A stretch of 64,000 nucleotides of DNA from an uncultured Verrucomicrobiae bacterium (GTDB taxonomy: Bacteria; Chlamydiota; Chlamydiia; Chlamydiales; Rhabdochlamydiaceae): NCBI GenBank assembly GCA_963818965.1, contig CAWFUG010000009.1, positions 384,001-448,000 on the forward strand, written 5' to 3'. The notes beneath the pieces are model-generated. The model saw nothing but the letters and a program-made list of their open reading frames with translations, did not search any database and was not told the DNA's origin. How positions within the stretch are numbered: the first letter of the stretch is position 1; every line of letters starts with the position of its first letter. A program made the translations under genes and the position numbers. Of the stretch, positions 9,646 through 19,790 are shown piece by piece.

Positions 9646-11346
9646 TTAATAGGTGTCGCTACTTGACGAAGAGGAGGTAGGGGCGGGGGGGTTAAGGGAG
9701 TCGAGCAGCATTTTCTTTTCTGGTGCAAATAGGGTTCCAGAAAAAGAATAGTGATTTTTGTAATAAGTAGTTTCCATCCACTCTAGGAGGTGGATCAATC
9801 TTTCCGTAAGAGCTGGGTAGCCTTCTTCTATAAACAATGTCCCATCTCTTTTCATAATCTCTTTGTTCATTTTTGCGAATTGTTTGGAAAATGCACTAAG
9901 CGACTTCTCGCATTCTCTAGTAGTTAAAGGGGTGTATAATAAGTTGTTTTGCTCCATCAAGGCAATTGCCAGATGAGCTTGTTCCAAAAATAATAGATTG
10001 CCACAGAATCCCATAAAGATTTCCGTGCCGATTTTTGCCGAGATAGCCCCGGATTCTGTCAAAAGTGGTAATGCTTTTTCTTTTTGATTGTTTTTGATGT
10101 ACCTATCTCCAAGTAGAAATAGAAGTCCTCCAAGGATTCTTTCTCCCATGCCCTGCATTTCGTTACAGATCGAGCGGATAAATGGTTCGACAGTTTCGAG
10201 ATCTCCTTGGATAACGTATTCATGACAGATTGTTGCCAGTGAGCTATCTGTGATCTTTTGATAGGGGAGAAGATCGCTTTTTTCGTGCACAGAAACCAAG
10301 ACACGGGCCTCATCCCAATTTCCCCCTATCGCTAATCTTTCTACAGCTTCTAGCATGAATTGTGGATCGAGGTGGAAATGATATTCTTTGATGAGGGAGA
10401 AGGCTTCTTCAAGATTCCCTTTTTCTAAATAGGCCAGTGATAATCTTTTGGCCAGTTTTTCCAGTTTCTTCGGACTAAAAGAGTCTTGACAACGGGGAAC
10501 AAAATCACGAAACACTCTGTTTGCTGTGCTAACGCAGCCTTCTTCGATGCATGTTTTAAAGGATTTTTTAATTAGAGTGGGAGTTAGGAGGGGCAAAGGT
10601 TGTTCTATTAAGGAAAAAAGTCTATTAAAAAGACCCCGACGAACTAGGGGCTCTACCAGTACCTCTGGCCAAGAGCGTCTTTGCTGTTTGAACGCATCCT
10701 TAATCTTGCGATCTGACCGGGCCAGCGGTAGAACGTGGAAAAATACCTCTTTGCCATGGCCGTCAGCAAAAGCTTGGGAAATGGCGTTGACGAGTGCATT
10801 ATGCTCAGGGCGCAAATGGGGGATTTTGCTTAAGAGTCGTAGCAATACAAGGCTGTGGACGTTTTTGCAGATAGTCCTGCAAGCCTTCTCATTCTTGTCT
10901 ATGCCGAATTGCCGTTCTATCAGTGTTGCGAGTAGATTCTCAGCATCTGTGGAAGTGTTTGTCATTTGCAAAAGCGTTGTAGCAATATCTTTTTCTATTT
11001 GCATATTATAGGTCAAAATCGCCGCAAGACTTTCAGGAGGTTCAATAGTATTTAGATTCAGTAGTTTGTTAGTTATCGTTTGAAGGAGTTGTTTTTGCAG
11101 GGGAAAAGATTCCATCATGGGGCAGTTGGTTAAATCCGTTAGGTAGGTGACGTAAGCGCGAATCATCGGATCCCTTTTTACCTCGCCCCATTTCACGTCT
11201 TTCATCCAGATATCCCATATTGTGCAGACTTGAGAAACACTCTCCCACGATTCTTTGTCTAGAAGGGTAAATGTACTATGGATAGCCTCTGGAGGAAGCT
11301 CGGTCCATAAGCTCTCTATTTGCGAATTTGTTTGTACTCTGTTCAT
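9646..11346 (-). CDS. F-box-like protein, paralog of 397..2403
   Basis: LPPEAIHSTFTLLD..SWESVSQVC..W..WMKDVKW; shares FPLQKQLL, YHFHLDP, HEKS.LL.YQK and KEKAL.LL.E with 397..2403. Confidence 0.75.
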   Translation of the reverse strand: MNRVQTNSQIESLWTELPPEAIHSTFTLLDKESWESVSQVCTIWDIWMKDVKWGEVKRDPMIRAYVTYLTDLTNCPMMESFPLQKQLLQTITNKLLNLNTIEPPESLAAILTYNMQIEKDIATTLLQMTNTSTDAENLLATLIERQFGIDKNEKACRTICKNVHSLVLLRLLSKIPHLRPEHNALVNAISQAFADGHGKEVFFHVLPLARSDRKIKDAFKQQRRSWPEVLVEPLVRRGLFNRLFSLIEQPLPLLTPTLIKKSFKTCIEEGCVSTANRVFRDFVPRCQDSFSPKKLEKLAKRLSLAYLEKGNLEEAFSLIKEYHFHLDPQFMLEAVERLAIGGNWDEARVLVSVHEKSDLLPYQKITDSSLATICHEYVIQGDLETVEPFIRSICNEMQGMGERILGGLLFLLGDRYIKNNQKEKALPLLTESGAISAKIGTEIFMGFCGNLLFLEQAHLAIALMEQNNLLYTPLTTRECEKSLSAFSKQFAKMNKEIMKRDGTLFIEEGYPALTERLIHLLEWMETTYYKNHYSFSGTLFAPEKKMLLDSLNPPAPTSSSSSSDTY

Positions 11347-11612
11347 AATCAATCCTCGTAAGAGTTTATTAATTTAAACATTATTATAATTGGATTTGTT
11401 TTATTTTTAAATTTAATAAATTTTTTAATTTGTGTAATTTTATGTTATTTGGAATGAGGAGTTTAAGTTGTGAAGAGAGGGGCCTCGCAGCCCCCGCTTA
11501 AGGATTCAAGAGATTACTTTATAAGAATAAGGCGATGAAGCCTATAAGCATAGGCTCTTTGATCGATAGATCCACCATCGAAGTGATCATTGGATGGGTA
11601 TTAGAGCCTTAT

Positions 11613-12830
11613 TTACTCAATTCTCTGGTAGTAGGGGTGGCCCTCTACTTTTTTGTATTCTTGAGTCTCTTCGTCCCAGACTTTGGCGGGCTCTAGGTTT
11701 TCTCCGTATTTGCTCTGGAGGAAGGCGACGGTGTCGTTGGGAGCCCAGACGGTCAGTCCGTCGAAGTGGGCTTTTTTAAGGGGGAAAATCTGGTCGTAGC
11801 GCAAGGGGGTAACGCAGGTCAGCTCTACCTTTTTCCAACTATCGGGGAAGGGGCTGTCTTTGAAGGTGAAGAAGTAGCCGAGTTCCTGTTTTGCCTCATC
11901 GATCGAGTAGTGGTAGATGTCGATGAAGTTTTTTGTCTCTTTGACGTAGAGCTTAAGGAAGGTCTTTGGGTAGGTGTAGCTAGACCAATCTTGGATCTGG
12001 TACTTTTGGGGATCGAGCTGGGAGAGGAGTCTTTTGACGTTTTCGTGATCGGGAACGAGGATGGCGATATCGATGTCCCAATCCCAGGGGATGATCCCGC
12101 CGTAACGGTAAGCTCCTAGGCATGTGCCGCAGTCGACCCACCACGCGATGTCATGGGCATCGAGAAGCTTTCCGATCTCTTTTAAGGTCCCAATTTCGAT
12201 TTGCTGGCGTTTGAGTAATTTAGAGGGGCGTTTGTGCTCTAAACAGGGGATGAAGACGTCGGAATGGGAAGGATCGAGCCCCTGCGCGCGGTAGTCTTCG
12301 AGGTGAGATTGGATGATGGGGGCTTTTAAGCTTCTGCGGATCGCTCGGTTTCTCCTTCTGACATCGGGAGAGAGGTGGGCGATTCCTTTAAGTGTTGATC
12401 CGATCACTTCTCCTACGGGGAGTGCGATGATGGAAGCGAGCGTTTTAAACCAGTGCAATTTTCGGTAGTGAAAGGATTTTTGGATTTGATAGCTGACTTC
12501 TCCGTCTGCGTTGATTTTAACCGTCTTCCCATCGAAGAGATATTGCGATGGTGCGAGGAAGAAATTGCCGAATGATTCGAGGAGCGTTTCTCTCCCTCCT
12601 CTCACTCTGGCATTGAGAAAAAAGTTCTCGCGCATCGCGTGATAGGAGGAGACGATGGGGAGCCCGAGCGGCATGAGGATATCGCGTGCGAAATTGGCCT
12701 GGATCTGCTTTTTTTCATTTTGATCCGCATGAGAAAACGGGTGGGATAGGAAGACAAAACTGAATGTGAAAAAAAATAGCGCAAGACGATTGGTTTTTAA
12801 GCAAGAGACGAGCATAGCAGGATACCTCAT
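11613..12830 (-). CDS. LicD-family nucleotidyltransferase-fold protein with an N-terminal signal/TM segment
   Basis: GTCLGAYRYGGIIPWDWDIDI, FIDIY, IFPLKKAHFDG...AP...L..KYG. Start uncertain (12830 or 12815). Confidence 0.85.
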   Translation of the reverse strand: MRYPAMLVSCLKTNRLALFFFTFSFVFLSHPFSHADQNEKKQIQANFARDILMPLGLPIVSSYHAMRENFFLNARVRGGRETLLESFGNFFLAPSQYLFDGKTVKINADGEVSYQIQKSFHYRKLHWFKTLASIIALPVGEVIGSTLKGIAHLSPDVRRRNRAIRRSLKAPIIQSHLEDYRAQGLDPSHSDVFIPCLEHKRPSKLLKRQQIEIGTLKEIGKLLDAHDIAWWVDCGTCLGAYRYGGIIPWDWDIDIAILVPDHENVKRLLSQLDPQKYQIQDWSSYTYPKTFLKLYVKETKNFIDIYHYSIDEAKQELGYFFTFKDSPFPDSWKKVELTCVTPLRYDQIFPLKKAHFDGLTVWAPNDTVAFLQSKYGENLEPAKVWDEETQEYKKVEGHPYYQRIE

Positions 12831-12943
12831 TTTGAAAATATATATATCGATTTTTTGGGAAAGGTCCACAGAAATCTGAATTTTTGATGAAAAAAATGTG
12901 GGGGAAATGGTACTTTCTTCGCAAAAACAACCAGGAGTGCCCA

Positions 12944-13840
12944 ATGAGAACGCTGCTTTCGACTTGCCTTTTGTGCCTTTCCATTACCTGTCATGCTCAA
13001 GAGATGTATACAGAGACTCTCTACCCTGAATGGCAACAGCAACTGAGAATGGATCGGATCTTGAAGCAGGATAAGACAGACTTACAAGATCTCGTGATCT
13101 TCGAAAACGACCGGATGGGAACTGTCCTCGCTTTGGATGGAGTGATTCAGACGACCTCGTCGGATGAGTTCGTCTACCACGAGATGATGGCTCATGTGCC
13201 TTTAATCGCCCATGGCAATGCGAAGAAAGTGTTGATTATCGGTGGAGGCGATGGGGGGATGCTCCGCGAGGTCAGACGCCACAAGAGTCTCGAAAAGATC
13301 GTCATGGTAGAGATCGATCCTTCTGTCATCGCTTTGGCAAAAGAGCATTTGCCCATGCTTTCTCAGGGCGCGTTTGGAGAGCCTCGACTCGAGCTGGTCA
13401 TCGCAGACGGCTCTCGCTTCGTGAAGGAGACAGAAGAGCGCTTCGATGTCATCATCTGTGATTCGACAGATCCGATTGGTCCTGCTGAAGTGCTCTTTAC
13501 GGAAGAGTTTTATGCCGATTGCAAAAACATCCTCAATCCCAAGGGGATCTTCGTGAACCAAAATGGTGTACCTTCCATGCAAGATTTTGAAGTGAAGGAT
13601 ACTTATGCGCGCCGTCTGCCCCATTTTGCGGACACGAGTTTTTATTTAGCTCCCGTCCCAACTTACATCGGGGGGTTCATGGCATTCGGTTGGGCGACAG
13701 ATGAGTTAAGCTACCGAGACCTCTCTTTAGAAGAGATCGAACAGCGTCTTTCTGCTATCGAAGGGGAGATGAAGTATTATAACGCAGAAATGCACCGGGC
13801 GTGTTTTGCACTCCCTAATTTCATCCAGAAACTTTTGTAA
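12944..13840 (+). CDS. speE: Polyamine aminopropyltransferase (spermidine synthase) with an apparent signal peptide
   Basis: LDGVIQ, DEFVYHEMMAHVP, VLIIGGGDGG, FDVIICDSTDP; AGGAG before ATG 12944. Confidence 0.93.
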   Translation: MRTLLSTCLLCLSITCHAQEMYTETLYPEWQQQLRMDRILKQDKTDLQDLVIFENDRMGTVLALDGVIQTTSSDEFVYHEMMAHVPLIAHGNAKKVLIIGGGDGGMLREVRRHKSLEKIVMVEIDPSVIALAKEHLPMLSQGAFGEPRLELVIADGSRFVKETEERFDVIICDSTDPIGPAEVLFTEEFYADCKNILNPKGIFVNQNGVPSMQDFEVKDTYARRLPHFADTSFYLAPVPTYIGGFMAFGWATDELSYRDLSLEEIEQRLSAIEGEMKYYNAEMHRACFALPNFIQKLL

Positions 13841-13848
13841 AGGTAGCG

Positions 13849-14796
13849 ATGTTACCCTCCGGACGTCCCCTTAGTTCCGATTATAACGAATATAACAGTT
13901 ACGATGCCTATAGCAGTGTTTCTGCTGAAGCGAATGTCTCTTCTGAAGAGGAGGATCCCTCTATCCGCGGTGGCATTTTGAGAGGGCATTTTGTAAGCGA
14001 GGGTGGTCCAACTGCAGATCCTCGCATTCATGCCCTAATCCAAAAGAACGTTCTGCGATTAATAGAGCAAACAAAGAAAAGAAGCAGGGGAGATACAGAG
14101 ACAGAGATTGATACCTCCTTTAAAAAGCTCCGTATCAATGGGGAATTTGTGGGGGGAGTTACGAAAATGAACCCGCGAAAAAAGCGGGTTCCACCCGCAC
14201 TGAGTTTCCATTTTTGTCCCCCTTCAGATTCACGCTATGAGCAGTTAACCGATAAGGTATATGGGGCAAATGGCGTTTTTTGCGCTTTTTTTGATTTAGG
14301 AGATGGGACGTGCCTGCAAGCGGCACCCTTTTTTCCCGACAAGATTCAAACGAGCGAGGATCTAGAAGAGTTAATCGTACTTTCTAATCCTATCTGTCAG
14401 ACAGGCAACCGGTCGCTCTGTTACTCGCCCTCTCATGAGTTATATTTTGAAAGCTTACAGAATGGGAAAACCTCTTGCGCTGTTCCTCTTTTTTATGTGA
14501 ATCGATTAGTGCCAGGGAATTGGTATTATATTTTTCAAGAGGGAGAGCCCCTTTCTTCCACTGAGATTTGGAACAGGGTGCTTATTTGTATCGATAGGTA
14601 CAATAAAATAGGTGGAAATAACCCTCTGCGCTATGTGAACGTGCCCGGTGAGGATGGGGAAGAAGGGCTTCTTGCCATCGATATCGGCTTCTGTTTTAAG
14701 GACCAAGGTGTCCACAGTGGGATCTTGTTTATTATAGAAAATAATGTTATTGCAAATAGTGTCGACGTAGTTAACTGCTTGAACGATCTTGGTTAA
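13849..14796 (+). CDS. Hypothetical protein with a Ser-rich N-terminus and basic clusters
   Basis: 315-aa ORF; KKRSR, KKLR and PRKKR. Confidence 0.65.
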   Translation: MLPSGRPLSSDYNEYNSYDAYSSVSAEANVSSEEEDPSIRGGILRGHFVSEGGPTADPRIHALIQKNVLRLIEQTKKRSRGDTETEIDTSFKKLRINGEFVGGVTKMNPRKKRVPPALSFHFCPPSDSRYEQLTDKVYGANGVFCAFFDLGDGTCLQAAPFFPDKIQTSEDLEELIVLSNPICQTGNRSLCYSPSHELYFESLQNGKTSCAVPLFYVNRLVPGNWYYIFQEGEPLSSTEIWNRVLICIDRYNKIGGNNPLRYVNVPGEDGEEGLLAIDIGFCFKDQGVHSGILFIIENNVIANSVDVVNCLNDLG

Positions 14797-14948
14797 TGAT
14801 CTATTCCTTGAAACTGTCCTGGTGAAAATCTTAAGCTCAATTAAATTATTAATTGTGTTGTTTTGTCTTTAATTTCCATCTATAATACATAGTAATATTC
14901 GCTTTGTTTTTAAGCGCGAGCTGTTAATTTTATTTTTAGTGGGTTTTT

Positions 14949-17816
14949 ATGTGTTTTGACTTGCCTTTGCGGGCTCGGTTACTTATTACGCAAACTTATG
15001 CAGCGCTCATAGAACAAGACCCTAATTCTTTACCCCCTGGATTCGAACAATCTCACCGATTCCCTAGAGTACAGGATTTTCAGCGCATCGCAGCCCTTTT
15101 TGGCAAAAATTTGCCAGAACCAGACTCTCCAGACCAAATTGAAGAAGTGATTTGCCACTTCGTGAAGCAAAAGACTCCTTTCTTGCTTCCTCTTTTCGCC
15201 CACGTTCCCTCTGCTTATCCGTTGTTTTGGAAGCATAAAGACTACAAATGTGTTGCTGATTTTATTGGGGTATTGGAAAAGATAGATTGGAAAAAATCTC
15301 TTATCTCTCAATTTTCATCCCACATCCCTTTTCAGAATATTATAGATTTGCGTGGATTTCTCTTTCAGGCTCTTTTGGAAATAAAACGAAGCACTGCTTC
15401 CCTTCCTCATGAAAAACAGCAGCAGTGTCTGATGAGTTTTTTATTTTATTGCATTAGCGAGCATCTCGAAACGGCAAGCATTTTTGCCTCTTTTGGGTGG
15501 AAGAAAGGCATCGAGGATTCTGGGTTATGTGAAGAGGATCTCGTCTGTTTTTTGTCTAATTACTTGCAACAAACAGGTCAATCGGAACAGGTTATCAGCT
15601 GGATGCAGGAATGGTCTTTGAGCGATGACGGCCAGGTGGAAATAGCGTTGGAATTAGTCAAGCGATTGGGTAAAGCTCAATTTTGCGCCTCTCTCCCTCA
15701 TCTCTGTTCTAATCCCTCTCAAAGCCTTTTGTTCTTAAAGCGTTATGTAGAAAAATATGGAGAGAGTTTAGATGAATTTAAAGATCTGCCTCTGAATGAA
15801 TCGCAGTGGTTTGAGTTAGCTTTGCACTGCGAGGGGAAATATTTTTCATACTTTCTCTCTAATAAAGAGCAATTTCCTCTTTTTAGTAAGGAAAATTATG
15901 CAGAAATCATTATGCGCTGTGCGCAGGCGGAATGGTGGATAGAGCGTGGTGTGAAGGAGTTTAACATTTCTGATGAGGATCTGTTGTGGAAGATTTTTTT
16001 AACGAGTGTCTTACGAGATCTTCAGCTCGATTGGAAAGAGCGATTTTCCGACGCGAGTCGTAGGGAATTTTATGAAGCTCTCAAAAAGGGAGCTGAGGCT
16101 CTACAAAACCCTATCTTGCAACAGAGTGAAAGCGCTTCTCTCATTTTGCAGTCTTTAAGAGAGAGTGGTTTTGTCGATCAGTGGGGAATAAAAGAAGCTC
16201 TTGAGCTTCATTTTAAGTCTATTACAGCGGCAAAGAGAGGAAAACTCGATGCGCTTTTCTGGCTCTTGCGGTTCATGGGAAGGTGCATGGCACAAGAAGT
16301 GCCTCTCGCTGAAGCCTTGACACACCCCTTTGTAGAGAGTGCTCTAGCACTCCGCGATCCCGAGATGCGCGAGACATTGGCCCCAAAAATCCTCTCTCTT
16401 TTATACCCCGCGCGCTCAAATGCACCATCCTCAAGCGCGCAGGGTATAACAGATCCAAGCCGAAGAAAATATGCAGATATGCAGTTGGCATCTAAAAAAT
16501 CGCGAGAAAGGTTTTTTCCTAAGCACGCGCGCCTGCCTCTGCTGCTGCTTTCGCTGTCATTAGATCCAGAAGGGATCCCTCAAGATCTTTGCAATCCTTT
16601 AGTAGATCTCAGTAGAGATCGCATATTTAAGGACGCGCAAAATTTACAGACCTACCTTGCAGCCCTAACGCTCATTTTAGAAGAGAAAAGTTGGTCGCAG
16701 GAAGATAAAAATCATCTTTTGAGTCTGATCGTATCGACAGCACTGCCTAAAAAGAGCGCGTCAGATGATTCCAGAGAAGTAGAGAGTGTTGAGACAAAGG
16801 TTGAAAAACGAATGGAAGAAATGGTTTGTCTGCTACGAGCGATTTCTGCCACTCATAGCCTAATGGGATCTTTTTCTTTAACAAAAGAAAATCTCACTAT
16901 GTACGGAAATGATATCGTAAAAATTCTCGTCGAGGCTTGTTGTGCCAAGATCCCCATGAAGCAGATAGAGCTTTTCAAGAAACTTCACGTTAAACTCAAT
17001 GAGATGTTTAGAATTCCTCATGCATTGTGGATTTATGCGGGGACGCTTCAGCAATGCCAAGTGCGGAAGGTTTTGACACTAGAAAAGTATAACGAGATGA
17101 AAGTGGCACTGGCTTCTTTGGTCGATGCAGTGCTCCTCGATCTCGAAGATCCAAATGCTGAAAGCTATCGTAAACTGCGCTATTCGCTAGAGCGGAGCAA
17201 ACATTTAAAAGAGATCTTCTCTAACAGACCCGAGCTCTTTGCTAAATGGCAAGAAAATAAAATCTTTTCGCTAAAGAAATTTAAAGCTTCCCACTGTCCT
17301 GATCTAAAAGGAATAAAATTTTCGTGTTACAAAGAGTGGACAATTGAATTCACAGACAATCCTGTGGACCTCATGCTAAGCGGGACAGAAACTCTGAGCT
17401 GTCAAGACATTAGAAATTCTTTGAGTAGAGCCGTGCTCGCCGGTCCCCTGGATGGAAAAAACAAAATCTTAACCATTAAAACGGGAAAGAAAAAACTGGT
17501 CGGTCGTCACATTTTGCGGATTTTGCGTGATCAAAAAAAAGAGCCTGTGCTTTTTCTCGAGAAACTCTACGCTCACGGTGCTTTTAATGGAATCTTCATA
17601 GGAGTCATAGAGCAACTCGCTAGGCTTGTGGCAAATGAGTTAAAGATTCCTTTGTTAACTAGCAAGGATCAAGCGAAGGTGGGCGCTGAACGGTATGAGG
17701 GGGCAATTTGCTCTTTGGGCAGTTCTGTGCCGTATGAGTATGTCGATGGGACCTCTACTGTTGGGGGTTCCCTGACGAATGGTTCTTTTCGATTGGAAGA
17801 TACTTATTTTTACTAG
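14949..17816 (+). CDS. Large hypothetical protein (955 aa)
   Basis: Long ORF after an AT-rich spacer; C-terminal motif-rich region (TDNPVDLMLSG.E..SCQ, LDGKNK, PVLFLEKLY). Confidence 0.75.
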   Translation: MCFDLPLRARLLITQTYAALIEQDPNSLPPGFEQSHRFPRVQDFQRIAALFGKNLPEPDSPDQIEEVICHFVKQKTPFLLPLFAHVPSAYPLFWKHKDYKCVADFIGVLEKIDWKKSLISQFSSHIPFQNIIDLRGFLFQALLEIKRSTASLPHEKQQQCLMSFLFYCISEHLETASIFASFGWKKGIEDSGLCEEDLVCFLSNYLQQTGQSEQVISWMQEWSLSDDGQVEIALELVKRLGKAQFCASLPHLCSNPSQSLLFLKRYVEKYGESLDEFKDLPLNESQWFELALHCEGKYFSYFLSNKEQFPLFSKENYAEIIMRCAQAEWWIERGVKEFNISDEDLLWKIFLTSVLRDLQLDWKERFSDASRREFYEALKKGAEALQNPILQQSESASLILQSLRESGFVDQWGIKEALELHFKSITAAKRGKLDALFWLLRFMGRCMAQEVPLAEALTHPFVESALALRDPEMRETLAPKILSLLYPARSNAPSSSAQGITDPSRRKYADMQLASKKSRERFFPKHARLPLLLLSLSLDPEGIPQDLCNPLVDLSRDRIFKDAQNLQTYLAALTLILEEKSWSQEDKNHLLSLIVSTALPKKSASDDSREVESVETKVEKRMEEMVCLLRAISATHSLMGSFSLTKENLTMYGNDIVKILVEACCAKIPMKQIELFKKLHVKLNEMFRIPHALWIYAGTLQQCQVRKVLTLEKYNEMKVALASLVDAVLLDLEDPNAESYRKLRYSLERSKHLKEIFSNRPELFAKWQENKIFSLKKFKASHCPDLKGIKFSCYKEWTIEFTDNPVDLMLSGTETLSCQDIRNSLSRAVLAGPLDGKNKILTIKTGKKKLVGRHILRILRDQKKEPVLFLEKLYAHGAFNGIFIGVIEQLARLVANELKIPLLTSKDQAKVGAERYEGAICSLGSSVPYEYVDGTSTVGGSLTNGSFRLEDTYFY

Positions 17817-17935
17817 AATCTTTTTCATGTAGTTTTTTATTAATTTTAATATTGAGTTTTATGTTAAACAAGTCGGTTAATTGACTTTAAAAGCGTTTTG
17901 AGCCATACTGTGCCCCTAAAAAAAGGAAGTTTCTG

Positions 17936-18841
17936 ATGGCTCATATTAAAAGGAATTTTTGGTTGCGCAGCTGGGCGCGTCTTTGTGATTACTGTCTTCT
18001 TTTTCTCCTCTTAGGAGTCATTTCTCTTTTTCTCCCTCTCTTTTACGATCCTCTCTTCTATCTGTTCATGGCATTATCGATCCCCTTTTTGTGGATTCCT
18101 CTAGAAGCGCTGTGGATTGCGAAGTGGGGAACGACCTTGGGTAAACGGTTCTTTGGGATCTCTGTCCAGGGAGAATCGGGTACCCATCTGTCTTATCTCA
18201 AAGCTTTAAGGCGTTCTCTCTTCATTTTCCCACGGCCTGGGGTGATCCTACAAAAGAAACTCTCCTTTGTCAGAGCGTTAGGGGCCATTCTCTTGACGGT
18301 AGGCTGTTTTGCCTTTGGTGTCTTTGGCAACCTGATCACAGAGTGGGGAACGGGGATCCATCCCGCTGTGGTCATGGACGGTTGGGTGAAGTTTGAGTCG
18401 GAAAAGGCAGATTTTAAAATTTATTTCCCCGAAGACCCTCAAGAAGAATCGAAACAGATCATCCTTCCCGATACGGGCAAGGTGCTCGATTACGAGCAAA
18501 TCACGCATGAGAATGAAGAGATCGCCTATTCTGTGACGCATATGAAGATCCCGAATAAGTGGAAACTCGCGGGAAATGCCACCTTGCTCAAATTGTCTTT
18601 GGAGGCGATGGTGAAGCACTCAGAGGGTGGGAAGCTCTTAGACAAGCAGTTCATTATGCACCAAGGGCACCGGGCTCTCGATTACACACTCATAGAAGAG
18701 GGAAAACGGATCAAAGGACGACTCATCGTCATCGGAAACATGATGTACAGACTGGCTGCTACCTCTCCTTCGCACTTAAAGGAGCAGGGAGAAGGCCAGC
18801 TCTTCTTAGATTCATTCGTCCCCTTTCAATCTCAAGATTGA
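17936..18841 (+). CDS. RDD-family membrane protein with a C-terminal soluble domain
   Basis: FWLRSWARLCD and GTTLGKRFFGISV; TM segments. Confidence 0.75.
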   Translation: MAHIKRNFWLRSWARLCDYCLLFLLLGVISLFLPLFYDPLFYLFMALSIPFLWIPLEALWIAKWGTTLGKRFFGISVQGESGTHLSYLKALRRSLFIFPRPGVILQKKLSFVRALGAILLTVGCFAFGVFGNLITEWGTGIHPAVVMDGWVKFESEKADFKIYFPEDPQEESKQIILPDTGKVLDYEQITHENEEIAYSVTHMKIPNKWKLAGNATLLKLSLEAMVKHSEGGKLLDKQFIMHQGHRALDYTLIEEGKRIKGRLIVIGNMMYRLAATSPSHLKEQGEGQLFLDSFVPFQSQD

Positions 18842-18870
18842 GATAGGAGTCTATCCCAATAATGGCGTTA

Positions 18871-19025
18871 TTGCATAAATAGCTGAATTTCACCACAGAG
18901 ATGAAAACCACAGAGAGGAAATTTTTTAATAGGAATTTCCTCTCTGTGGTTTTCCCTCTCTGTGGTGAAATTGCATATATTCAGAATGGAATGATGGGGA
19001 CCTAGATTAGGTCCACTTGGGTATA
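18871..19025. repeat. ACCACAGAG palindromic repeat (type A) with its flanking arm, ending in an ACTTGGGTATA element end
   Basis: Inverted repeat 18886-18972; flank matches 55190-55230. Confidence 0.85.
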
Positions 19026-19067
19026 CACAACAACGTCCAAAATAATCCCAAAAATCGACGAAAAATT

Positions 19068-19673
19068 TTACTGGGATAGATTCAGATTTTTAATCCAAAA
19101 ACTACACTGTCTCTCTTTTGGTTTAGCTTCTGCTATTTTTCTCCAGGGGATGAGGCACTTGAGCTCAGGGTGGTGGATGTAGCCCCGTTTGCGCCAGAAA
19201 TCGAAGAGGGGAACGAAGTCTTTGGGAAGGGTGGGATCGAGCTCGATATCGTCTGGGAAGTAGAAACAGATCGATTGGTAGGGTTTTAAGGAGTGGACGT
19301 GCGCTTCGCGCGCGTCAAAAAAGTGGTGTCCGATGCCTCTTCCTCGGTAAGTTTTGAGCAAAACAGAATCTCCGAAGAAAAAATAGGAGGGGATTTGTTT
19401 TTCAGGGAATGTCTTTAGGGTCGTTGGCTCTTCTAGTCTGAGGGGATATCCCAAGGATGCGCCGACGAGGGTCGCATTATCGAAAATCAAGACTCCGATC
19501 GACTCCTTACAAGCGAGCACTTTATTTAAGTGCTGGGTTTCTTTTACAAAATCGGGCTCTTCTAGGTAAGGGTACTCGCGAAACACTTCTGTTCTCAATT
19601 TAGCAATCCCATGCGCGTAGGGTTTTAGGCTAGATCCCGTGAACGTTCTGACGTGAATATCGGTCATCAACAT
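19068..19673 (-). CDS. GNAT-family N-acetyltransferase
   Basis: LRTEVFREYPYL, YRGRGIGHHFF, FWRKRGY. Confidence 0.85.
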   Translation of the reverse strand: MLMTDIHVRTFTGSSLKPYAHGIAKLRTEVFREYPYLEEPDFVKETQHLNKVLACKESIGVLIFDNATLVGASLGYPLRLEEPTTLKTFPEKQIPSYFFFGDSVLLKTYRGRGIGHHFFDAREAHVHSLKPYQSICFYFPDDIELDPTLPKDFVPLFDFWRKRGYIHHPELKCLIPWRKIAEAKPKERQCSFWIKNLNLSQ

Positions 19674-19790
19674 CGTGACACTCCATAAAAAAAACAAATG
19701 TTTCCTTTATGACTCAAGGGAAGAAAAAGTTAAAGAAAAAAAAGAAGATAGGTTGTTACAGTGACTCCTTTACCTATTAAGGGAGGAATG

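Noticed and set aside
8138..11600. Integrative island at tRNA-Ser
   Set aside because: No integrase, and no duplicated tRNA 3' end was found
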